Positions 18,753 through 26,639 of a DNA stretch of 64,000 bases are shown here, piece after piece (positions within the stretch are counted from its first letter, which is position 1; every line of letters begins with the position of its first letter). The DNA comes from Geopsychrobacter sp. (GTDB taxonomy: Bacteria; Desulfobacterota; Desulfuromonadia; Desulfuromonadales; Geopsychrobacteraceae). The stretch spans positions 519-64,518 of the forward strand of contig JAAXQE010000095.1 of the NCBI GenBank assembly GCA_012974425.1, given 5' to 3'. Both the position numbers and the translations under genes were made by a program. Below the pieces are notes generated by a model. The model was not told the origin of the DNA, ran no database searches, and saw nothing but the letters and a program-made list of their open reading frames with translations.

Positions 18753-19940
18753 ATGTTGGTCGATTTTTTTCTGCAATTAAAGCAGGCCAAAGTGCCGGTT
18801 ACCGTCCGTGAATATTTGAGCCTGCTCGAAGCACTGGATAAACAGGTGGTCTGGGGCAGCGTTGAGGATTTTTACTATCTGGCGCGCCTCTGTCTGGTCA
18901 AGGACGAGACCCATTTTGACAAGTTTGACCGGGTTTTCGCCCAGTATTTTGAGGGAGTGACCGAACTCGGTGAAGAACTGGAAACACGAATCCCCGAGGA
19001 GTGGTTACGTAAACTGTCGGAACTGGTTCTTTCTGCCGAGGAGAAGGCCGAGATCGAAGCGCTTGGTGGTTTCGAGAAGCTGATGGAGACACTGAAGCAG
19101 CGGCTGGCGGAACAGAAAGAGCGTCATCAGGGGGGCAGCAAGTGGATCGGCACTGGCGGACGCTCCCCCTTTGGTGCCTATGGTTACAACCCCGAAGGGG
19201 TCAGGATCGGTCAAGAGGAGTCCCGACATCGCCGGGCGGTCAAGGTTTGGGACAAACGCGAGTTTAAAAATCTGGACGGTGCGGTGGAGTTGGGAACCCG
19301 CAATATCAAGATAGCCCTGCGCCGCTTGCGTCACTTCGCTCGCGAAGGGGCACCCGAAGTTCTCGACATGCCGGGTACCATCCGTGCCACGGCCAACAAT
19401 GCCGGCTATCTCGATTTGCAGCTGGTTCCAAAGCTGCACAACAAGATTAAGGTGCTGCTGTTTTTTGATGTCGGCGGCTCCATGGACGAACACATCAAGA
19501 TTTGCGAAGAACTTTTTTCCGCCGCCCGGGTTGAGTTCAAATACCTTGAGTATTTTTACTTTCACAATTTTGTCTACGAGAGTGTCTGGCGCGACAACCA
19601 ACGCTACCGGGCCGAACGGATCGATCTTTGGGATGTTATCCATACCTACGGTCCCGACTACAAGCTGATCTTTGTCGGTGACGCCGCCATGAGCCCCTAT
19701 GAAATTTCCATGGTCGGTGGCAGTGTCGAACATATGAACGACGAGGCCGGTCATGTCTGGGGGCAACGTTTGCTTGAAGCCTACAAGGATGCCATCTGGC
19801 TGAATCCGACCCCGCAAGGCTGGTGGCATTTTACCCAGTCGGTCGGCATGGTCAGACAAATTATGGGCGGGCGGATGTTCCCGCTGACACTTGAGGGGCT
19901 GGAGGAGGGGATTCGGTTGTTGAGCAAGACCTCCGTGTGA
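18753..19940 (+). CDS. VWA-domain partner of MoxR (CoxE-like)
   Basis: MIDAS-like FDVGGSM and VGDAAMSPYE motifs; directly follows the MoxR gene. Confidence 0.85.
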   Translation: MLVDFFLQLKQAKVPVTVREYLSLLEALDKQVVWGSVEDFYYLARLCLVKDETHFDKFDRVFAQYFEGVTELGEELETRIPEEWLRKLSELVLSAEEKAEIEALGGFEKLMETLKQRLAEQKERHQGGSKWIGTGGRSPFGAYGYNPEGVRIGQEESRHRRAVKVWDKREFKNLDGAVELGTRNIKIALRRLRHFAREGAPEVLDMPGTIRATANNAGYLDLQLVPKLHNKIKVLLFFDVGGSMDEHIKICEELFSAARVEFKYLEYFYFHNFVYESVWRDNQRYRAERIDLWDVIHTYGPDYKLIFVGDAAMSPYEISMVGGSVEHMNDEAGHVWGQRLLEAYKDAIWLNPTPQGWWHFTQSVGMVRQIMGGRMFPLTLEGLEEGIRLLSKTSV

Positions 19941-19982
19941 TCCGCCGGGTCGCACGGACATTTTCCACTTCTACGTTTCATC

Positions 19983-20507
19983 TCAGCCTTGCCAGAAATT
20001 TTCCGTGCCGAAACGTTTTGCCAGTACTTTCGATTGCTCACGTTTTTCCAAACGTTTGTTCTCGCGCTCCGGAGCCCCTTCAAAAAGAAACTTTTCCAGT
20101 TCTGTTTCGGGGATAACCGTCGGGACCATCTGCTTTTCGCCATTAATGTCCATCGCGACAAAGGTCAGGAACGAGGTCGCGCAGACTGTCCGTTCGCCCG
20201 TCAGCATATCTTCAGCGACAACTTTGACGAACACTTCGACCGAGGTGTTGTGGGCCCAGGTTGTAAAGGCTTCCAGGCAGACCGACTGGCCGATGCGGAT
20301 CGGATGCAGGAAATCGACCGAGTCGGTCGAGGCGGTGACCACCGAGGTGCGGGCATGACGGGTCGCAGCAATGGCTGCAATGTCGTCAATATTGGACATG
20401 ACCTTGCCGCCGAACATGGTTCCGTAATTATTGGTATCCGGGGGCAGAACCATGGACGCTTTGACTGCCCTCGATTCTTTACAGAATTTTGCTGGTCTGG
20501 TTGTCAT
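19983..20507 (-). CDS. HotDog-fold acyl-CoA thioesterase (YciA/YkhA-like)
   Basis: DTNNYGTMFGGKVMSNIDD and VVTASTDSVDF motifs; RBS AGGAG upstream of ATG 20507. Confidence 0.88.
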   Translation of the reverse strand: MTTRPAKFCKESRAVKASMVLPPDTNNYGTMFGGKVMSNIDDIAAIAATRHARTSVVTASTDSVDFLHPIRIGQSVCLEAFTTWAHNTSVEVFVKVVAEDMLTGERTVCATSFLTFVAMDINGEKQMVPTVIPETELEKFLFEGAPERENKRLEKREQSKVLAKRFGTENFWQG

Positions 20508-20631
20508 CTTTATATCTCCTGTACAGTGGTATTGCCCTAAATTCACTGTGGCAAGCCAGTTAAGCAGCCACCCGGACTGCAAATGATTAGACAGTTTCTA
20601 CCCGGAGTGGCGGCTCTGGTGGTGGCGTCGC

Positions 20632-21400
20632 TCAGCTGGCTAATAGCTTTGTCAGTATCGCCCTCAGACTTACTTTGAGGTCAGCTGCGTCTGCGTAACG
20701 AACCAACACGTTGTTGTTTGGCTCGCCAAATGCTGTGTCGCACTGAGGTTGTAAAGTGATGACCGGTTTGCCGATGCCCCAAGCGAGGCCAAGGGCCAGC
20801 ATGACGTTGGGAGCTAGGCCGGCAAGGTTGAAGACCGCCAGTCGGCAGGAATACAGTTCCTGGCAGAGCTCACAGAGTGCGGCATCGTCAAGCAAGGGAC
20901 GGTCCGCGCGAAAGAAGGAGAGCCCCTTGGTTTCCAGGGCGGGTTGAATGCCTTGCCAGAAAAGCTTCAGGTCAGCTTCCCCGCCGGGGATCGCGATAAA
21001 AACCCGCTTGTCGGTTAGTGCTGGCGCAATCGGAATACCCTCATTGTCACGATGGAAAAACTTCTCCAGCGGGTGAGCCGAGACAGCCTTCGTTTCGGCC
21101 GCCTTGGTCAACTCCTCGGTCCTGTCTTCCAGGCTGGTGATTTATCGTCTTGACGAACTTTTCCACGCTCGCCATTTTGATCGACTTTCCCGTTGGCGAG
21201 TAATCGATAGGGCTCATTTTGATGATCGGTACGGAAATGATCTTGTCGGCATTCAGCCGGGTTGCTGCCCTGTTGTAGCTTTCCAGCCAGCTGTTGAATG
21301 ACCGCAGATAGACGTATCTGTGGTTCTTCAGGTACCTGCTGACTCTTGCCAAAATGTAATTGAATTCTTCGAGTCGTTCCGAGAGTTGTGCGGTTTCCAT
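20632..21400 (-). pseudogene. Frameshifted gene: unknown N-terminal helical domain plus nucleoside-deoxyribosyltransferase/TIR-like C-terminal domain
   Basis: ORFs 21047..21400 and 20632..21111 join into one 255-aa frame (769 nt minus 1 = 256 codons) if one A of the minus-strand AAA at 21141-21143 is removed (...FVKTIITSLEDRTEELTKAAE...). C-terminus VFIAIP...FFRAD...FNLAGLAPNVMLALGLAWGIGKPVI. Confidence 0.6.
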
Positions 21401-21705
21401 TTTCTGTCCCTTGCAGTTTCCCGGTCAATCAACGGCAGGCTCTCTGTCCTGTTGCGGTTCCTGCTGGGATGATCAGGCCAGGGTGTTATTTGGAAAATAA
21501 CACGTTTGGTTCCCCAGCGGTATGCCTCAAATAACGCAACAGATTTTTCGAAAGTGTTTTTTATGTTCTGGTTTTATTCGGTTTTGCGGAAGCTCTTTTG
21601 GTGAGAAACGGGCATGATAAACCGCTGTGCAGTTGATGGCGACTGCTTAGTGCTTTCTGTCCCCCATAAAAAAACCGCATTGCAGCGAGATTCCCCGAAA
21701 TAAGA

Positions 21706-21735
21706 TTGACACCCCCTGCTTTTACAGAGTATTAA
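21706..21735 (+). promoter_or_regulatory. Putative sigma70-type promoter for the glutaryl-CoA operon
   Basis: TTGACA(21706-21711)-N18-TATTAA(21730-21735), 155 nt upstream of ATG 21891. Confidence 0.45.
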
Positions 21736-21890
21736 TTGGGTTAACTCAAACGATGTTCTATCTGTGGTGAGTTGGAAGAAGGGGATCCGGGTCCGATTGT
21801 CGTAGGTCTGCATCGGTCCGGTCCTGAATAGAACAGACGCGAAAGGCCGCAAGCCAGAGAGCCTTTAAACTTTTTGTCAGGGAGGTTGAC

Positions 21891-23048
21891 ATGCATTTCG
21901 GATTGACGGACGAACAACGGATGATGCAGGAGATGGCCAAGGATTTCGCTGCTAAAGAGATCGCACCTAACCTCAAGGATGATGAGGCGAACCACCGCTA
22001 CCGTCCCGAGCTGGTCAAGCATATGGCCGAGCTTGGTTTCTTCGGTTGCGCGCTGCCCGAAGAATATGGCGGTAACGGCTTCGGCTTTCTCGAGTCGGTG
22101 CTGTTGGCAGAACAGATCGCCAAGGTCAGTGGTTCCTGGCGTCTGCCTTTCAATATGCAGAATATCGGCCCCGCCATCACCGTCAACAAGTTCGGCAATG
22201 AAGAACAGAAAAAACGCTTCATCCCTGCCTGGGTCAATGCCGATTCCACCGGCTTTTTCGCCATCACCGAACCCAACTCAGGTTCTGACGTTGCCAGCAT
22301 GGGGACCACGGCTTCCGATTGCGGTGACCACTGGGAGCTCAACGGCCAGAAGATGTGGATCTCTAACGCTCATGTTGGCGACTGGGGGCTGGTTTACGCC
22401 TTCACCGACAAGAGCAAAAAATATAAAGGGATGACCTGCTTCGTCGTTAATCTCAAAGATAACGAGGGGATCGTCACTGCTCCGATTGAGACCAAACTTG
22501 GATTGTACTGTGCCCCCACCGGTGAAATCGCCTTCTCCAAGGCGAAGATCCCTAAGGATTCGATCTTGGGTGAAGTCGGCCAGGGTTTTCAGATCTGCAT
22601 GTGGCAGCTCAACAATACCCGGATCAGCTGTTCTGCCGGGGCGCTCGGTATCGCTGGTGGCGCCATCGACGCGGCGATTGAATACGCCAATGAGCGCATC
22701 CAGTTTGGTAAAAAGATCGGGGCTTATCAGATGATTCAGGCCCAGATCGCCGACATGGTCGCTGAGCATGAGGCCGCCAAACTGCTTGTCTACCGCGCCG
22801 CCTGGCTCAAGGATCAGGGCTTGCCAAATCAACAGCAAACCTCTATCGCCAAGCTCTTCGCTTCAGAAGCCGCCGTGCACGCCGCCAGCGATACGATGAA
22901 GATTTTTGGAAGTTATGGTTTCTCTACAGAGTACCCGGCCGAGCGTTTTCTGCGTGATGCGCAATCTCTGCGGGTGGTTGAAGGAACCAGCAATATCCAG
23001 AAGACCATCATCGCTGGTATCGCTATGGGCGACGTCGCGAACCGCTAA
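21891..23048 (+). CDS. Glutaryl-CoA dehydrogenase, non-decarboxylating (glutaconyl-CoA-forming) type
   Basis: Acyl-CoA dehydrogenase motifs. Val precedes the catalytic Glu (RVVEGTSNI), SWRLPFNM Arg is present and the protein ends ANR, as recalled for the Desulfococcus multivorans enzyme. Lies directly upstream of gcd genes. Confidence 0.8.
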   Translation: MHFGLTDEQRMMQEMAKDFAAKEIAPNLKDDEANHRYRPELVKHMAELGFFGCALPEEYGGNGFGFLESVLLAEQIAKVSGSWRLPFNMQNIGPAITVNKFGNEEQKKRFIPAWVNADSTGFFAITEPNSGSDVASMGTTASDCGDHWELNGQKMWISNAHVGDWGLVYAFTDKSKKYKGMTCFVVNLKDNEGIVTAPIETKLGLYCAPTGEIAFSKAKIPKDSILGEVGQGFQICMWQLNNTRISCSAGALGIAGGAIDAAIEYANERIQFGKKIGAYQMIQAQIADMVAEHEAAKLLVYRAAWLKDQGLPNQQQTSIAKLFASEAAVHAASDTMKIFGSYGFSTEYPAERFLRDAQSLRVVEGTSNIQKTIIAGIAMGDVANR

Positions 23049-23107
23049 CGGCGCTGAAATTTATTCAGTAACCTAAAGCTCCAGGCCTGGTCTGGATAGG
23101 AGAGTGA

Positions 23108-23299
23108 ATGATGGAGACCGACTGGTCCAAGGTTTTAGAGGTATTCGGCAGCGGCATTATCGGGGTCTTTCTGGTCATGTTTCTGCTGCAGATTCTGACG
23201 CAACTCAGTACCCGAATCATCGACTTTGTCGAGAACAAGAATAAGGACAAGACTCTGGTATCGGTCCCGCAAGAGGCCGTCGCCAAAGAGAAGGCCTAA
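23108..23299 (+). CDS. gcdD: Na+-decarboxylase small membrane anchor subunit (GcdD/OadG family)
   Basis: 63 aa with one hydrophobic segment (GIIGVFLVMFLLQIL); precedes the beta subunit. Confidence 0.7.
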   Translation: MMETDWSKVLEVFGSGIIGVFLVMFLLQILTQLSTRIIDFVENKNKDKTLVSVPQEAVAKEKA

Positions 23300-23310
23300 G
23301 GAGATTCACC

Positions 23311-24429
23311 ATGTTTGACATACTTCGCGAACTTATTTTTACCAGCGGTTTTGTCAGCCTGAGCGGCGGCAATATCATCATGTGGATGATCTCATTCGTT
23401 CTGCTCTATCTGGCGATAAAGAAGCAGTATGAACCGCTGCTGCTGCTGCCGATCGCCTTCGGTATCCTGGTCGTCAACCTGCCGTTGACCTTCCTCATGG
23501 ATCCCGAACACGGCCTGATCTGGTTCTTTTATCATTACGGGATTGAACTCGACATTATCCCGCCGTTGATCTTTCTAGGTCTCGGCGCGATGATCGATTT
23601 CGGTCCGCTGATCGCCAATCCGAAGACGCTGCTGCTGGGGGCGGGTGCTCAGGCCGGACTTTATGTCACCTTCTTCGCCGCTGTTCTGTTCGGTTTCGAT
23701 CTGCAGGAGGCCGGATCTATCGCCATCATTGGCGGCGCCGACGGCCCGACAACCATCTACCTGACCTCTAAACTTGCGCCCCATCTGCTCGGTGCGACCG
23801 CTGTCTCGGCCTACGCTTACATGGCCCTGGTCCCGATCATCCAGCCACCGATGATGAAGCTGTTGACCACCGATGCCGAGCGTAAGATCGTCATGACCAA
23901 ACTGCGCCCGGTCAGCAAGTTGCAGAAGATCTGTTTCCCGATCGTCACTGCCATGACCATCATGCTCGTCGTGCCGCCTGCGGCACCGCTGATCTCGATG
24001 CTGATGCTTGGCAATCTCTTTAAGGAATCGGGCGTCGTCGAACGTTTGACCAATGCCGCATCCAATGAGTTGATGAACGTCGTCACTATTTTTCTCGGGC
24101 TGTCGATCGGTGCCACCATGACCGCAGCGACTTTCCTTAGCCCCAAGGTGCTGTTCATCTTCTTCCTCGGTCTGTTTGCCTTCGCGATCAGTACCGGTGC
24201 CGGACTGCTCATGGCCAAGTTCATGAACCTGTTTCTTAAGGACAAGATCAACCCGCTGATCGGAGCGGCTGGTGTATCTGCGGTCCCGATGGCGGCCCGT
24301 TGTGTTCACAAGGTCGGATCAGAAGCCAACCGCCGCAACTATCTGCTGATGTACGCCATGGGACCGAATGTGGCTGGCGTTATCGGAACTGTGGTGGCGG
24401 CCGCGATCCTGCTGAAAAATCTTGGTTAA
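23311..24429 (+). CDS. gcdB: Na+-translocating carboxybiotin decarboxylase beta subunit
   Basis: YEPLLLLPIAFG, IIGGADGPTTIYL, IGAAGVSAVPMAAR and MGPNVAGVIG motifs. Confidence 0.93.
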   Translation: MFDILRELIFTSGFVSLSGGNIIMWMISFVLLYLAIKKQYEPLLLLPIAFGILVVNLPLTFLMDPEHGLIWFFYHYGIELDIIPPLIFLGLGAMIDFGPLIANPKTLLLGAGAQAGLYVTFFAAVLFGFDLQEAGSIAIIGGADGPTTIYLTSKLAPHLLGATAVSAYAYMALVPIIQPPMMKLLTTDAERKIVMTKLRPVSKLQKICFPIVTAMTIMLVVPPAAPLISMLMLGNLFKESGVVERLTNAASNELMNVVTIFLGLSIGATMTAATFLSPKVLFIFFLGLFAFAISTGAGLLMAKFMNLFLKDKINPLIGAAGVSAVPMAARCVHKVGSEANRRNYLLMYAMGPNVAGVIGTVVAAAILLKNLG

Positions 24430-24477
24430 AGCTGGTTTGTTGAGATTCTATTCATTTTCTAAAAAAGGAGAAAATCG

Positions 24478-24690
24478 ATGCCTGAACTGATTGCACCTAT
24501 AGCCGGTAATGTCTGGAAAGTTCTCGTCGCCGTGGGCGATAAGGTCGAGTTGGACGATGAATTGGTCATCCTCGAAGCCCTGAAGATGGAGACTCCCATC
24601 TACTGTGATGACGCAGGGACTGTCACAGAAATCAAGGTTAAAGAAGGCGATGCAGTCAATGAAGAGGACGTTCTGATCGTGATTGATTGA
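24478..24690 (+). CDS. gcdC: Stand-alone biotin carboxyl carrier protein
   Basis: 70-aa biotinoyl domain, APIAGNVWK...EALKME (variant of AMKM). Confidence 0.85.
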   Translation: MPELIAPIAGNVWKVLVAVGDKVELDDELVILEALKMETPIYCDDAGTVTEIKVKEGDAVNEEDVLIVID

Positions 24691-24752
24691 TCTTGACGTT
24701 TTTACTCGCTAAACCGGTTTTGTAACTCGATGTCACCGTGAAAGGGATAACC

Positions 24753-26510
24753 ATGTCACGCAAGCAAACACCATTGCGCCCGTACTTTGAAAAAATGGCC
24801 GAAATTGGCAAGGAACTCAGGGAAGGGGAGGTACGTCGCTCTCAGGCCAATGTTGAACTCGTCCGGGAACAGGAAGAGATCATCGCCAAGGAAATTCTGC
24901 GGGTGAAAAACGCAGGGATTCCAGCCGAAAAAATCCACCAGCGTGGCGGGATGACCATTCATGATCGACTCGAATACCTGGTCGACGCAGGAACCTGGTC
25001 TCCTCTGCACAGCCTCTACAATCCGAACGATAATGTTGAGGGCTGCACCGGGGTTGTCAACGGCATCGGCAAGATCGAGGGGAAATGGGCGGTCATTATC
25101 GGTTTTGACAACAAGGTCATGGCCGGGGCCTGGATCGCTGGGCAGGCCGAGAATATCCTGATGGTCACCGATATGGCCAAGCGCCTCAATGTGCCGCTGG
25201 TCTGGCTGACCAACTGCAGTGGCGTCAAGCTGATGGAACAGGAGACGGTCTATGCCGGGCGTCGTTCCAGTGGTGCGCCTTTTTATCGCCATGCCGATCT
25301 TAATCATCTGGGCATACCGATACTGAACGGCATCTACGGTACCAATCCGGCCGGTGGCGGCTATCAGGGGATCAGCCCGACCATCCTGCTGGCCCATGAC
25401 GACGCCAATATTGCAGTTGGCGGCGCTGGCATCGTTGGTGGCATGAATCCCAAGGGCTATATCGATGAGGAAGCTGCTCAGGCGCTGATTGAGGGGACCA
25501 AGAATTTCAAGGGGAAGGCTCCGGGTCGGGTTGAGACCCACTTCGACCAGACCGCCTATTTCCGCGAAGCCCATGATACCGAGCAGGGTGTCCTCGACGG
25601 CATCAAGGATTACATGCGGATGATGCCCGCTTACGACCCGATCATGTTCCGGGTCTCAGAACCCGCTGAACCGCGGCTGGCAGTTGAAGACCTCAACCTG
25701 CTCCTTCCTGCCAATCAGAAGCGGCCTTACGATGCGATTCAGATCCTGGCACGCCTCACCGACAACAGTGAATTCATGGAATATCGTCCCGAATACGGAC
25801 GTGAGGTTTTTGCCGGTATCGCCAAAATTGATGGTTTCCCGGTCGCCTTTATCGGCAACCAGCAGGGAGTCTTTCCCGGCTATCCCGATTACGCCAATGG
25901 CGAATATCCCGGTGTCGGCGGTAAACACTATCGTGAGGGGCTGATTAAGCAGGGTGAGTTTGTCACGCTCTGTGGCCGAGACAACCTGCCGATCATCTGG
26001 CTGCAGGACACCACCGGTATCGATGTCGGTGATCTTGCCGAGGAAGCGGAGTTGCTCGCACTGGGTCAGTCACTGGTCTATTCCATCGAGCAGACCGAGC
26101 TGTCGATGATGTGTGTTGTCCTGCGCAAAGGGACCGCTGCGGCCCATTACATCATGTGCGGTCCTCAGGCTAATAACAACAACGCCTTCACGCTCGGGAC
26201 TCCGCTGACTGAAATCAATGTCATGCACGGCGAAACTGCGGCTGCGGCCTCCTATGCGCGGCGCCTGGTCAAGGAGTCGGATGCAGGGAATGATCTGGCC
26301 CCGACGCTGGAGAAGATGAACCAGATGATTCAGGATTATAAGGACAAGTCGCAGCCAGCCTATTGCGCCAAGAGCGGCTTCGTCGACGAGATCGTCTCAC
26401 TGACTGATCTGCGTAAATATATTCAGGCCTTCACCGGGGCCAACTATCAGAACCCCAGATCGATCACTCCGGTACACCAGATGCTGCTGCCGCGCATCAT
26501 CAAGGGGTAA
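24753..26510 (+). CDS. gcdA: Glutaconyl-CoA decarboxylase carboxyltransferase alpha subunit
   Basis: DNKVMAGAWIAGQ, GTNPAGGGY, EIIAVGG-like NIAVGGAGIVGG, WLQDTTG and VMHGETAA segments typical of GcdA; RBS AAGGGA before ATG 24753. Confidence 0.88.
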   Translation: MSRKQTPLRPYFEKMAEIGKELREGEVRRSQANVELVREQEEIIAKEILRVKNAGIPAEKIHQRGGMTIHDRLEYLVDAGTWSPLHSLYNPNDNVEGCTGVVNGIGKIEGKWAVIIGFDNKVMAGAWIAGQAENILMVTDMAKRLNVPLVWLTNCSGVKLMEQETVYAGRRSSGAPFYRHADLNHLGIPILNGIYGTNPAGGGYQGISPTILLAHDDANIAVGGAGIVGGMNPKGYIDEEAAQALIEGTKNFKGKAPGRVETHFDQTAYFREAHDTEQGVLDGIKDYMRMMPAYDPIMFRVSEPAEPRLAVEDLNLLLPANQKRPYDAIQILARLTDNSEFMEYRPEYGREVFAGIAKIDGFPVAFIGNQQGVFPGYPDYANGEYPGVGGKHYREGLIKQGEFVTLCGRDNLPIIWLQDTTGIDVGDLAEEAELLALGQSLVYSIEQTELSMMCVVLRKGTAAAHYIMCGPQANNNNAFTLGTPLTEINVMHGETAAAASYARRLVKESDAGNDLAPTLEKMNQMIQDYKDKSQPAYCAKSGFVDEIVSLTDLRKYIQAFTGANYQNPRSITPVHQMLLPRIIKG

Positions 26511-26529
26511 AGGGCTTTTCTCGTTTAAA

Positions 26530-26573
26530 CCTTCTCCTTCAAGGGGGAAGGTAGCCGAAGGCCGGATGAGGGG
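26530..26573. repeat. Proteobacterial palindromic repeat (CCCTCATCCGGCCTTCGG...CCTTCCCCC..AAGGAGAAGG type)
   Basis: Two hairpins, CCTTCTCCTT-CA-AGGGGGAAGG and GCCGAAGGC. The minus strand reads [15 protein letters not shown], a translation typical of this repeat family. Confidence 0.7.
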
Positions 26574-26639
26574 AACCTTCCACAAGATTATGCCGCAGAT
26601 TCAGTTTGCTATGGAACACAACCCGCTAGAGGTGGACAC

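Noticed and set aside
21836-21870. GCGAAAGGCCGCAAGCC resembling cyclic-dinucleotide (GEMM) riboswitch loops
   Set aside because: The conserved GEMM core and P1 architecture could not be matched; kept only as an unclassified structured leader.
26397-26585. 62-aa minus-strand ORF
   Set aside because: It is the translation of the palindromic repeat at 26530-26573 plus the antisense of gcdA.
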